Shown here: positions 48,615 to 60,900 of the stretch, in pieces | Layout of the letters: the number at the start of each line of letters is the position of its first letter | How positions within the stretch are numbered: the stretch's first letter is position 1 | From: Eledone cirrhosa | Taxonomy: Eukaryota | Reading direction: 5' to 3' | Assembly (NCBI GenBank): GCA_964016885.1 | Contig: OZ024744.1 | Location: forward strand, 130,448,001-130,512,000 | DNA: 64,000 nucleotides | Notes under the pieces: generated by a model | Told to the model about the DNA's origin: nothing | Database searches by the model: none | Seen by the model: the letters and a program-made list of their open reading frames with translations, nothing else | Position numbers and translations under genes: made by a program

Positions 48615-50871
48615 AGTCGGGGTTAAGTTAAGTTGGCGTTAAGTTAAGTTGGCGTTAAGTTAAGTTAGGCTTAACTTAAGTTGGGGTTCAGTTAAGTTGG
48701 GGGTAAGTTAAGTTGGGGGTAAGTTAAGTTGGGGGTAAGTTAAGTTGGGGTTAAGTTAAGTTGCGGTTAAGTTGGGGTTAAGTTAAGTTAGGGTTAAGTT
48801 AAGTTGGGGTTGAGTTAAGTTGGGGTTAATTAAGTGGTGGTCATGTTAAGTTGGGGTTAAGTTAAGTTGGGGTTAATTTAAATTGGGGTTAAGTTAACTT
48901 TGTGGTTAAGTTAAGTTGGGGTTAAGTTAAGTTGGGGTAAAGTTGGGGTTGAGTTAAGTTGGGGTTGAGTGAAGTTGGGGTTAAGTTAAGTTGGGGTTAA
49001 GTTAAGTTGGGGTTAAGATAAGTCGGGGTTAAGTTAAGTTGTGGTTGAGTTAAGTTGGGGTTAATTTAAGTTGGGGCTAAGTTAATTTGTGGTTAAGTTA
49101 AGTTGGGGTTAAGTTAAGTTGGGGTTAAGTTAAGTTGGGGTTGAGTTAAGTTGGGGTTGAGTTAATTTGGGGTTAAGTTAAGTTGGGGTTAAGTTAAGTT
49201 GGGTTTAAGTTAAGTTGGGGTTAAATTAAGTTGGGGTTAAATTAAGTTGGGGTTAAGTTAAGTTGGGGGTAAGTTAAGTTGGGGGCAAGTTAAGTTGGGG
49301 TTAATGTAAGTTGGGGTTAAATTAAGTTGGGGTTACGTTAAGTTGGTGTTAAGTTAAGTTGGGGTTAATTTAAGTTGGGGTTAATTAAGTTGGGGTTAAG
49401 TTAAGTTGGGGTTAAGTTAAGTTGGGGTTAATTTAAGTTGGGGTTGAGTTAAGTTGGGGTTAAGTTAAGTTGGGGTTAAGTTAAGTTGGGGTTAATTTAA
49501 GTTGGGGCTAAGTTAAGTTGGGGCTGAGTTAAGTTGGGGCTGAGTTAAGTTGGGGCTAAGTTAAGTTGGTGTTGAGTTAAGTTGGGGTTAAGTTGGGGTT
49601 AAGTTAAGTTAGGTTTAAGTTAAGTTGGGGTTAAGTTAAGTTGGGGTTACGTTAAGTTGGGGTTAAGTTAAGTTGGGGTTAAGTTAATTTGTGGTTAAGT
49701 TAAGTTGTGGTTAAGTTAAGTTGGGGTTAAGTTAAGTTGGGCTTAAGTTAAGTCGGGGTTAAGTTAAGTTGGGGTTAAGTTAAGTTGGGGTTAATTTAAG
49801 TTGGGGTTAAGTTAAGTTGGGGTTGAGTTAAGTTGGGGTTAAGTTAAGTTGGGGTTATATTAAGTTGGGGTTAAGTTAAGTTGGGGTTAATTTAAGTTGG
49901 GGTTAAGTTAAGTTGGGGTTAAGTTAAGTTGGTGTTAAGTTAAGTTTCGGCTAAGTTAAGTTGGGGTTGAGTTAAGTTGGGGTTAAGTTGGGGTTAAATT
50001 AAGTTAGGTTTAAGTTAAGTTGGGGTTAAGTTAAGTTGGGGTTAAGTTAAGTTGTGGTTAAGTTAAGTTGGGGTTAAGTTAAGTTGGGGTTAAGTTAAGT
50101 CGGGGTTGAGTTAAGTTGGGGTTAAGTTAAGTTGGGGTTAATTTAAGTTGGGGTTAAGTTAAGTTGGGGTTAAGTTAAGTTGGGGTTAAGTTAATTGGGG
50201 TTAAGTTAAGTTGGGGTTAAGTTAAGTTGAGGTTAAGTTAAGTTGGGGTTAAATTAAGTTTGGGTTAAGTTAAGTTGGGGTTAAGTTAAGTTGGGGATAA
50301 GTTAAGTTGGGGATAATTTAAGTTGGGGTTAAGTTAAGTTGGGTTTAAGTTAAGTTGGGGTTAAGTTAAGTTGGGGTTAAGTTAAGTTGGGGTTAAGTTA
50401 AGTTGGGGTTAAGTTAAGTTGGGGCTAAGTTAAGTTGGGGCTGAGTTAAGTTGGGGTTAAGTTAAGTTGGGGTTAAGTTAAGTTGGGGTTAAGTTAAGTT
50501 GGGGTTAATTTAAGTTGGGGTTAAGTTAAGTTGCGGGTAATTTAAGTTGGGGTTAAGTTAAGTTGGGGTTAAGTTAAGTTGGGGTTAAGTTAAGTTGGGG
50601 TTAAGTTAAGTTGGGGTTAAGTTAAGTTGGGGTTTATTTAAGTTGGGGTTAAGTTAAGTTGGGGTTCAGTTAAGTTGCAGTTAAGTCAAGTTGAGGTTAA
50701 GTTAAGGTGCGGTTAAGTTAAGTTGGGGTTAATTTAAGTTGGGGTTAAGTTAAGTTGGGGTTAAGTTAAGTTGGTTAGTTAAGTTGAGTTTAAGTTAAGT
50801 TGGGGTTAATTTAAGTTGGGGTTAAGTTAAGTTGGGGTTAAGTTAAGTTGGGGTTAAGTTAAGTTGGGGTT

Positions 50872-51046
50872 AACCCCAACTTAACTTAACCCCAACTTCA
50901 CTCAACCCCAACGTAACTCAACCCCAACTTAACTTAACCCCAACTTCACTCAACCCCAACTCAACTTAACCCCAACTTCACTCAACCCCAACTTCCAACT
51001 TGACTTAACCCCAACTTAACTTAGCCCCAACTTAACTTAAGCCCAA
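50872..51046 (-). repeat. Inverted satellite island 17 (175-bp class)
   Basis: Matches island 16 including CCCCAACTCAACTTAA; offset 2432 bp. Confidence 0.95.
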
Positions 51047-52229
51047 AGTCGGGGTTAAGTTAAGTTGGCGTTAAGTTAAGTTGGCGTTAAGTTAAGTTAG
51101 GCTTAACTTAAGTTGGGGTTCAGTTAAGTTGGGGGTAAGTTAAGTTGGGGGTAAGTTAAGTTGGGGGTAAGTTAAGTTGGGGTTAAGTTAAGTTGCGGTT
51201 AAGTTGGGGTTAAGTTAAGTTAGGGTTAAGTTAAGTTGGGGTTGAGTTAAGTTGGGGTTAATTAAGTGGTGGTCATGTTAAGTTGGGGTTAAGTTAAGTT
51301 GGGGTTAATTTAAATTGGGGTTAAGTTAACTTTGTGGTTAAGTTAAGTTGGGGTTAAGTTAAGTTGGGGTAAAGTTGGGGTTGAGTTAAGTTGGGGTTGA
51401 GTGAAGTTGGGGTTAAGTTAAGTTGGGGTTAAGTTAAGTTGGGGTTAAGATAAGTCGGGGTTAAGTTAAGTTGTGGTTGAGTTAAGTTGGGGTTAATTTA
51501 AGTTGGGGCTAAGTTAATTTGTGGTTAAGTTAAGTTGGGGTTAAGTTAAGTTGGGGTTAAGTTAAGTTGGGGTTGAGTTAAGTTGGGGTTGAGTTAATTT
51601 GGGGTTAAGTTAAGTTGGGGTTAAGTTAAGTTGGGTTTAAGTTAAGTTGGGGTTAAATTAAGTTGGGGTTAAATTAAGTTGGGGTTAAGTTAAGTTGGGG
51701 GTAAGTTAAGTTGGGGGCAAGTTAAGTTGGGGTTAATGTAAGTTGGGGTTAAATTAAGTTGGGGTTACGTTAAGTTGGTGTTAAGTTAAGTTGGGGTTAA
51801 TTTAAGTTGGGGTTAATTAAGTTGGGGTTAAGTTAAGTTGGGGTTAAGTTAAGTTGGGGTTAATTTAAGTTGGGGTTGAGTTAAGTTGGGGTTAAGTTAA
51901 GTTGGGGTTATATTAAGTTGGGGTTAAGTTAAGTTGGGGTTCAGTTAAGTTGGGGTTAAGTTAAGTTGGGGTTAAGTTAAGTTGGGGCTAAGTTAAGTTG
52001 GGGCTGAGTTAAGTTGGGGCTGAGTTAAGTTGGGGCTAAGTTAAGTTGGTGTTGAGTTAAGTTGGGGTTAAGTTGGGGTTAAGTTAAGTTAGGTTTAAGT
52101 TAAGTTGGGGTTAAGTTAAGTTGGGGTTACGTTAAGTTGGGGTTAAGTTAAGTTGGGGTTAAGTTAATTTGTGGTTAAGTTAAGTTGTGGTTAAGTTAAG
52201 TTGGGGTTAAGTTAAGTTGGGCTTAAGTT

Positions 52230-53830
52230 AAGTCGGGGTTAAGTTAAGTTGGGGTTAAGTTAAGTTGGGGTTAATTTAAGTTGGGGTTAAGTTAAGTTGG
52301 GGTTATGTTAAGTTGGGTTTAAGTTAAGTTGGGGTTAAGTTAAGTTGAGGTTAAGTTAAGTTGGGGATAAATTAAGTTGGGGTTAAGTTAAGTTGGGGTT
52401 AAGTTAAGTTGGGGTTAAGTTAAGTTGGGGATAAGTTAAGTTGGGGATAATTTAAGTTGGGGTTAAGTTAAGTTGGGTTTAAGTTAAGTTGGGTTTAAGT
52501 TAAGTTGGGGTTAAGTTAAGTTGGGGTTAAGTTAAGTTGGGGTTAAGTTAAGTTGGGGCTAAGTTAAGTTGGGGCTGAGTTAAGTTGGGGTTAAGTTAAA
52601 TTGGGGTTAAGTTAAGTTGGGGTTAAGTTAAGTTGGGGTTAAGTTAAGTTGGGGTTTATTTAAGTTGGGGTTAAGTTAAGTTGGGGTTCAGTTAAGTTGG
52701 GGTTCAGTTAAATGGGGTTAAGTTAAGTTGGGGTTAAGATGGGGTTAAATTAAGTTGGGGTTAAGTTAAGTTGGGGTTAAGTTAAGTTGGGGTTAAGCTA
52801 AGTTGGGGTTAAGTTAAGTCGGGGTTAAGTTAAGTCGGGGTTAAGTTAAGTTAGGGTTCAGTTAAGTTGGGGTTAAGTTAAGTTGGGGTTGAGTTAAGTT
52901 GGGGTTGAGTTAAGTTGGGGTTAAGTTAAGTTGGGGTTAAGTTAAGTTGCAGTTAAGTTAAGTTGAGGTTAAGTTAAGGTGCGGTTAAGTTAAGTTGGGG
53001 TTAAGTTAAGTTGGGGCTAAGTTAAGTTGGGGCTAAGTTAAGTTGGGGCTAAGTTAAGTTGGGGTTAAGTTAAGTCGGGGTTAAGTTAAGTTGGGGTTAA
53101 GTTAAGTTGGGGTTAATTTAAGTTGGGGTTAAGTTAAGTTGGGGTTATGTTAAGTTGGGTTTAAGTTAAGTTGGGGTTAAGTTAAGTTGAGGTTAAGTTA
53201 AGTTGGGGTTAAATTAAGTTGGGGTTAAGTTAAGTTGGGGTTAAGTTAAGTTGGGGTTAAGTTAAGTTGGGGATAAGTTAAGTTGGGGATAATTTAAGTT
53301 GGGGTTAAGTTAAGTTGGGTTTAAGTTAAGTTGGGTTTAAGTTAAGTTGGGGTTAAGTTAAGTTGGGGTTAAGTTAAGTTGGGGTTAAGTTAAGTTGGGG
53401 CTAAGTTAAGTTGGGGCTGAGTTAAGTTGGGGTTAAGTTAAATTGGGGTTAAGTTAAGTTGGGGTTAAGTTAAGTTGGGGTTAAGTTAAGTTGGGGTTTA
53501 TTTAAGTTGGGGTTAAGTTAAGTTGGGGTTCAGTTAAGTTGGGGTTCAGTTAAATGGGGTTAAGTTAAGTTGGGGTTAAGATGGGGTTAAATTAAGTTGG
53601 GGTTAAGTTAAGTTGGGGTTAAGTTAAGTTGGGGTTAAGCTAAGTTGGGGTTAAGTTAAGTCGGGGTTAAGTTAAGTCGGGGTTAAGTTAAGTTAGGGTT
53701 CAGTTAAGTTGGGGTTAAGTTAAGTTGGGGTTGAGTTAAGTTGGGGTTGAGTTAATTTGGGGTTAAGTTAAGTTGGGGTTAAGTTAAGTTGCAGTTAAGT
53801 TAAGTTGAGGTTAAGTTAAGGTGCGGTTAA
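52230..53830 (+). repeat. Higher-order tandem duplication, offset 842 bp (boundaries approximate)
   Basis: TTATG 52303/53145 and AATGGGG 52711/53553 are offset by 842 with matching variant order. Confidence 0.8.
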
Positions 53831-55295
53831 GTTAAGTTGGGCTTAAGTTAAGTTGGGGCTAAGTTAAGTTGGGGCTCAGTTAAGTTGGGGCTAAGTTAAG
53901 TTGGGGTTAAGTTAAGTTGGGGTTAATTTAAGTTGGGGTTAAGTTAAGTTGGGGTTAAGTTAAGTTGGGGTTAAGTTAAGTTGGGTTTAAGTTAAGTTGG
54001 GGTTAAGTTATGTTGGGGTTGAGTTAAGTTGGGGCTGAGTTAATTTGGGGTTAAGTTAAGTTGGGGTTAAGTTAAGTTGGGTTTAAGTTAAGTTGGGGTT
54101 AAATTAAGTTGGGGTTAAAATAAGTTGGGGTTAAGTTAAGTTGGGGGCAAGTTAAGTTGGGGGCAAGTTAAGTTGGGGTTAAATTAAGTTGGGGTTACGT
54201 TAAGTTGGTGTTAAGTTAAGTTGGGGTTAATTTAAGTTGGGGTTAATTAAGTTGGGGTTAAGTTAAGTTGGGGTTAAGTTAAGTTGGGGTTAATTTAAGT
54301 TGGGGTTGAGTTAAGTTGGGGTTAAGTTAAGTTGGGGTTATATTAAGTTGGGGTTAAGTTAAGTTGGGGTTAATTTAAGTTGGGGTTAAGTTAAGTTGGG
54401 GTTAAGTTAAGTTGGTGTTAAGTTAAGTTTGGGCTAAGTTAAGTTGGGGTTGAGTTAAGTTGGGGTTGAGTTAAGTTGTGGTTAAGTTAAGTTGGGGTTA
54501 AGTTAAGTTGGGGTTAAGTTAAGTCGGGGTTGAGTTAAGTTGGGGTTAAGTTAAGTTGGGGTTAATTTAAGTTGGGGTTAAGTTAAGTTGGGGTTAAGTT
54601 AAGTTGGGGTTAAGTTAATTGGGGTTAAGTTAAGTTGGGGTTAAGTTAAGTTGAGGTTAAGTTAAGTTGGGGTTAAATTAAGTTTGGGTTAAGTTAAGTT
54701 GGGGTTAAGTTAAGTTGGGGATAAGTTAAGTTGGGGATAATTTAAGTTGGGGTTAAGTTAAGTTGGGTTTAAGTTAAGTTGGGGTTAAGTTAAGTTGGGG
54801 TTAAGTTAAGTTGGGGTTAAGTTAAGTTGGGGTTAAGTTAAGTTGGGGCTAAGTTAAGTTGGGGCTGAGTTAAGTTGGGGTTAAGTTAAGTTGGGGTTAA
54901 GTTAAGTTGGGGTTAAGTTAAGTTGGGGTTAATTTAAGTTGGGGTTAAGTTAAGTTGCGGGTAATTTAAGTTGGGGTTAAGTTAAGTTGGGGTTAAGTTA
55001 AGTTGGGGTTAAGTTAAGTTGGGGTTAAGTTAAGTTGGGGTTAAGTTAAGTTGGGGTTTATTTAAGTTGGGGTTAAGTTAAGTTGGGGTTCAGTTAAGTT
55101 GCAGTTAAGTCAAGTTGAGGTTAAGTTAAGGTGCGGTTAAGTTAAGTTGGGGTTAATTTAAGTTGGGGTTAAGTTAAGTTGGGGTTAAGTTAAGTTGGTT
55201 AGTTAAGTTGAGTTTAAGTTAAGTTGGGGTTAATTTAAGTTGGGGTTAAGTTAAGTTGGGGTTAAGTTAAGTTGGGGTTAAGTTAAGTTGGGGTT

Positions 55296-55470
55296 AACCC
55301 CAACTTAACTTAACCCCAACTTCACTCAACCCCAACGTAACTCAACCCCAACTTAACTTAACCCCAACTTCACTCAACCCCAACTTAACTTAACCCCAAC
55401 TTCACTCAACCCCAACTTCCAACTTGACTTAACCCCAACTTAACTTAGCCCCAACTTAACTTAAGCCCAA
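55296..55470 (-). repeat. Inverted satellite island 18 (175-bp class)
   Basis: AACTTCCAACTTGAC; standard junctions. Confidence 0.95.
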
Positions 55471-57791
55471 AGTCGGGGTTAAGTTAAGTTGGCGTTAAGT
55501 TAAGTTGGCGTTAAGTTAAGTTAGGCTTAACTTAAGTTGGGGTTCAGTTAAGTTGGGGGTAAGTTAAGTTGGGGGTAAGTTAAGTTGGGGGTAAGTTAAG
55601 TTGGGGTTAAGTTAAGTTGCGGTTAAGTTGGGGTTAAGTTAAGTTAGGGTTAAGTTAAGTTGGGGTTGAGTTAAGTTGGGGTTAATTAAGTGGTGGTCAT
55701 GTTAAGTTGGGGTTAAGTTAAGTTGGGGTTAATTTAAATTGGGGTTAAGTTAACTTTGTGGTTAAGTTAAGTTGGGGTTAAGTTAAGTTGGGGTAAAGTT
55801 GGGGTTGAGTTAAGTTGGGGTTGAGTGAAGTTGGGGTTAAGTTAAGTTGGGGTTAAGTTAAGTTGGGGTTAAGATAAGTCGGGGTTAAGTTAAGTTGTGG
55901 TTGAGTTAAGTTGGGGTTAATTTAAGTTGGGGCTAAGTTAATTTGTGGTTAAGTTAAGTTGGGGTTAAGTTAAGTTGGGGTTAAGTTAAGTTGGGGTTGA
56001 GTTAAGTTGGGGTTGAGTTAATTTGGGGTTAAGTTAAGTTGGGGTTAAGTTAAGTTGGGTTTAAGTTAAGTTGGGGTTAAATTAAGTTGGGGTTAAATTA
56101 AGTTGGGGTTAAGTTAAGTTGGGGGTAAGTTAAGTTGGGGGCAAGTTAAGTTGGGGTTAATGTAAGTTGGGGTTAAATTAAGTTGGGGTTACGTTAAGTT
56201 GGTGTTAAGTTAAGTTGGGGTTAATTTAAGTTGGGGTTAATTAAGTTGGGGTTAAGTTAAGTTGGGGTTAATTTAAGTTGGGGTTAATTTAAGTTGGGGT
56301 TGAGTTAAGTTGGGGTTAAGTTAAGTTGGGGTTATATTAAGTTGGGGTTAAGTTAAGTTGGGGTTCAGTTAAGTTGGGGTTAAGTTAAGTTGGGGTTAAG
56401 TTAAGTTGGGGCTAAGTTAAGTTGGGGCTGAGTTAAGTTGGGGCTGAGTTAAGTTGGGGCTAAGTTAAGTTGGTGTTGAGTTAAGTTGGGGTTAAGTTGG
56501 GGTTAAGTTAAGTTAGGTTTAAGTTAAGTTGGGGTTAAGTTAAGTTGGGGTTACGTTAAGTTGGGGTTAAGTTAAGTTGGGGTTAAGTTAAGTTGGGGTT
56601 AAGTTAATTTGTGGTTAAGTTAAGTTGTGGTTAAGTTAAGTTGGGGTTAAGTTAAGTTGGGCTTAAGTTAAGTCGGGGTTAAGTTAAGTTGGGGTTAAGT
56701 TAAGTTGGGGTTAATTTAAGTTGGGGTTAAGTTAAGTTGGGGTTATGTTAAGTTGGGTTTAAGTTAAGTTGGGGTTAAGTTAAGTTGAGGTTAAGTTAAG
56801 TTGGGGTTAAATTAAGTTGGGGTTAAGTTAAGTTGGGATTAAGTTAAGTTGGGGTTAAGTTAAGTTGGGGATAAGTTAAGTTGGGGATAATTTAAGTTGG
56901 GGTTAAGTTAAGTTGGGTTTAAGTTAAGTTGGGTTTAAGTTAAGTTGGGGTTAAGTTAAGTTGGGGTTAAGTTAAGTTGGGGTTAAGTTAAGTTGGGGCT
57001 AAGTTAAGTTGGGGCTGAGTTAAGTTGGGGTTAAGTTAAATTGGGGTTAAGTTAAGTTGGGGTTAAGTTAAGTTGGGGTTAAGTTAAGTCGGGGTTTATT
57101 TAAGTTGGGGTTAAGTTAAGTTGGGGTTCAGTTAAGTTGGGGTTCAGTTAAATGGGGTTAAGTTAAGTTGGGGTTAAGATGGGGTTAAATTAAGTTGGGG
57201 TTAAGTTAAGTTGGGGTTAAGTTAAGTTGGGGTTAAGCTAAGTTGGGGTTAAGTTAAGTCGGGGTTAAGTTAAGTCGGGGTTAAGTTAAGTTAGGGTTCA
57301 GTTAAGTTGGGGTTAAGTTAAGTTGGGGTTGAGTTAAGTTGGGGTTGAGTTAAGTTGGGGTTAAGTTAAGTTGGGGTTAAGTTAAGTTGCAGTTAAGTTA
57401 AGTTGAGGTTAAGTTAAGGTGCGGTTAAGTTAAGTTGGGGTTAAGTTAAGTTGGGGCTAAGTTAAGTTGGGGCTAAGTTAAGTTGGGGCTAAGTTAAGTT
57501 GGGGTTAAGTTAAGTCGGGGTTAAGTTAAGTTGGGGTTAAGTTAAGTTGGGGTTAATTTAAGTTGGGGTTAAGTTAAGTTGGGGTTAAGTTAAGTTGGGG
57601 TTAAGTTAAGTTGGGGTTGAGTTAAGTTGGGTTTAATTTAAGTTGGGGTTAAGTTAAGTTGGGGTCAAGTTAAGTTGGGGTTAAGTTAAGTTGGTTAGTT
57701 AAGTTGAGTTTAAGTTAAGTTGGGGTTAATTTATGTTGGGGTTAAGTTAAGTTGGGGTTAAGTTAAGTTGGGGTTAAGTTAAGTTGGGGTT

Positions 57792-57991
57792 AACCCCAAC
57801 TTAACTTAACCCCAACTTCACTCAACCCCAACGTAACTCAACCCCAACTTAACTTAACCCCAACTTCACTCAACCCCAACTTAACTTAACCCCAACTTCA
57901 CTCAACACCAACTTAAGTCAACCCCAACTTAACTTAACCCCAACTTGACTTAACCCCAACTTAAATTAGCCCCAACTTAACTTAAGCCCAA
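57792..57991 (-). repeat. Inverted satellite island 19 (~200-bp class)
   Basis: Shares CTCAACACCAA, CTTAAATTAGCC and downstream GGCGTTATGTTCAGTCAGGC with island 2 only. Confidence 0.95.
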
Positions 57992-60900
57992 AATCGGGGT
58001 TAAGTTAAGTTGGCGTTATGTTCAGTCAGGCTTAACTTAATTTGGGGTTCAGTTAAGTTGGGGGTAAGTTAAGTTGGGGTTAAGTTAAGTTGCGGTTAAG
58101 TTGGGGTTAAGTTAAGTTAGGGTTAAGTTAAGTTGGGGTTGAGTTAAGTTGGGGTTAATTAAGTGGTGGTTATGTTAAGTTGGGGTTAATTTAAATTGGG
58201 GTTAAGTTAACTTTGTGGTTAAGTTAAGTTGGGGTTAAGTTAAGTTGGGGTTGAGTTAAGTTGGGGTTGAGTGAAGTTGGGGTTAAGTTAAGTTGGGGTA
58301 AAGTTAAGTTGGGGTTAAGTTAAGTCGGGGTTAAGTTAAGTTGTGGTTGAGTTAAGTTGGGGTTAATTTAAGTTGGGGCTAAGTTAATTTGTGGTTATGT
58401 TAAGTTGGGGTTAAGTTAAGTTGGGGTTGAGTTAAGTTGGGGTTGAGTTAAGTTGGGGTTAAGTTAAGTTGGGGTCAAGTTAAGTTGGGGTTAAGTTGGG
58501 GTTAAGTTAAGTTAGGTTTAAGTTAAATTGGGGTTAAGTTAAGTTGGGGTTAAGTTAAGTTGGGGTTAAGTTAAGTTGGGGTTAAGTTAAGTTGGGGTTA
58601 AGTTAATTTGTGGTTAAGTTAAGTTGGGGTTAAGTTAAGTTGGGGTTAAGTTAAGTCGGGGTTAAGTTAAGTTGGGGTTAAGTTAAGTTGGGGTTAATTT
58701 AAGTTGGGGTTAAGTTAAGTTGGGGTTAAGCTAAGTTGGGGTTAAGTTAAGTTGGGGTTAAGTTAAGTTGGGGTTAAATTAAGTAGGGGTTAAGTTAAGT
58801 TGGGGTTAAGTTAAGTTGGTGTTAAATTAAGTTGGGGCTAAGTTAAGTTGGGGCTGAGTTAAGTTGGGGTTAAGTTGGGGTTAAGTTAAGTTAGGTTTAA
58901 GTTAAGTTGGGGTTAAGTTAAGTTGGGGTTAAGTTAAGTTGTGGTTAAGTTAAGTTGGGGTTAAGTTAAGTTGGGGTTAAGTTAAGTCGGGGTTAAATTA
59001 AGTTGGGGTTAAGTTAAGTTGGGGTTAATTTAAGTTGGGGTTAAGTTAAGTTGGGGTTAAGTTAAGTTGGGGTTAAGTTAATTGGGGTTAAGTTAAGTTG
59101 AGGTTAAGTTAAGTTGGGGTTAAATTAAGTTGGGGTTAAGTTAAGTTGGGGTTAAGTTAAGTTGGGGATAAGTTAAGTTGGGGATAATTTAAGTTGGGGT
59201 TAATTTAAGTTGGGGTTGAGTTAAGTTGGTGTTGAGTTAAGTTGGGGTTAAGTTAAGTTGGGGTTAAGTTAAGTTGCAGTTAAGTTAAGTTGAGGTTAAG
59301 TTAAGGTGCGGTTAAGTTAAGTTGGGGTTAAGTTAAGTTGGGGCTAAGTTAAGTTGGGGCTAAGTTACGTTGGGGTTAAGTTAAGTTGGGGTTAAGTTAA
59401 GTCGGGGTTAAGTTAAGTTGGGGTTAAGTTAAGTTGGGGTTAATTTAAGTTGGGGTTAAGTTAAGTTGGGGTTGAGTTAAGTTGGGGTTAAGTTAAGTTG
59501 GGGTTAAGTTAAGTCGGGGTTAATTTAAGTCGGGGTTAAGTTAAGTTAGGGTTCAGTTAAGTTGGGGTTAAGTTAAGTTGGGGTTGAGTTAAGTTGGGGT
59601 TGAGTTAAATTGGGGTTGAGTTAAGTTGGGGTTGAGTTAAGTTGGTGTTGAGTTAAGTTGGGGTTAAGTTAAGTTGGGGTTAAGTTAAGTTGCAGTTAAG
59701 TTAGTTGAGGTTAAGTTAAGGTGGGGTTAAGTTAAGTCGGGGTTAAGTTAAGTTGTGGTTGAGTTAAGTTGGGGTTAATTTAAGTTGGGGCTAAGTTAAT
59801 TTGTGGTTAAGTTAAGTTGGGGTTAAGTTAAGTTGGGGTTAAGTTAAGTTGGGGTTGAGTTAAGTTGGGGTTGAGTTAATTTGGGGTTAAGTTAAGTTGG
59901 GGTTAAGTTAAGTTGGGTTTAAGTTAAGTTGGGGTTAAATTAAGTTGGGGTTAAATTAAGTTGGGGTTAAGTTAAGTTGGGGGTAAGTTAAGTTGGGGGC
60001 AAGTTAAGTTGGGGTTAATTTAAGTTGGGGTTAAATTAAGTTGGGGTTACGTTAAGTTGGTGTTAAGTTAAGTTGGGGTTAATTTAAGTTGGGGTTAATT
60101 AAGTTGGGGTTAAGTTAAGTTGGGGTTAAGTTAAGTTGGGGTTAATTTAAGTTGGGGTTGAGTTAAGTTGGGGTTATATTAAGTTGGGGTTAAGTTAAGT
60201 TGGGGTTCAGTTAAGTTGGGGATAAGTTAAGTTGGGGTTAAGTTAAGTTGGGGTTATTTAAGTTGGGGTTAAGTTAAGTTGGGGTTAAGTTAAGTTGGGG
60301 CTAAGTTAAGTTGGGGCTGAGTTAAGTTGGGGCTGAGTTAAGTTGGGGTTAAGTTAAGTTGGGGTTGAGTTAAGTTGGGGTTAAGTTAAGTTGGGGTCAA
60401 GTTAAGTTGGGGTTAAGTTGGGGTTAAGTTAAGTTAGGTTTAAGTTAAGTTGGGGTTAAGTTAAGTTGGGGTTAAGTTAAGTTGGGGTTAAGTTAAGTTG
60501 GGGTTAAGTTAAGTTGGGGTTAAGTTAATTTGTGGTTTAGTTAAGTTGGGTTTAAGTTAAGTTGGGGTTAAGTTAAGTTGGGGTTAAGTTAAGTCGGGGT
60601 TAAGTTAAGTTGGGGTTAAGTTAAGTTGGGGTTAAGTTAAGTTGGGGTTAAGTTAAGTTGGGGTTAAGTTAAGTTGGGGTTAAGTTAAGTTGAGGTTAAG
60701 TTAAGTTGGGGTTAAATTAAGTTGGGGTTAAGTTAAGTTGGGGTTAAGTTAAGTTGGGGTTAAGTTAAGTTGGGGATAAGTTAAGTTGGGGATAATTTAA
60801 GTTGGGGTTAAGTTAAGTTGGGTTTAAGTTAAGTTGGGTTTAAGTTAAGTTGGGGTTAAGTTAAGTTGGGGTTAAGTTAAGTTGGGGCTAAGTTAAGTTG

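Larger units (their letters stand above)
47390..52290 (+). repeat. Higher-order tandem duplication, offset 2432 bp (boundaries approximate)
   Basis: TTTCGG 47513/49945, islands 48440/50872 and GGTCATG 48839/51271 are offset by 2432. Confidence 0.85.

Noticed and set aside
1328-57991. Islands as MITE/piggyBac-type insertions at TTAA
   Set aside because: Entry is at TTAA, but islands consist only of inverted satellite monomers, have no own terminal inverted repeats or clear target duplication, and move together with their flanks.
1328-57991. Islands as sequencing fold-back (missed adapter or chimeric read) artefacts
   Set aside because: They are not mirror copies of the adjacent flank, carry their own ordered variants, recur with the same junctions and form lineages; read-level confirmation is still advisable.
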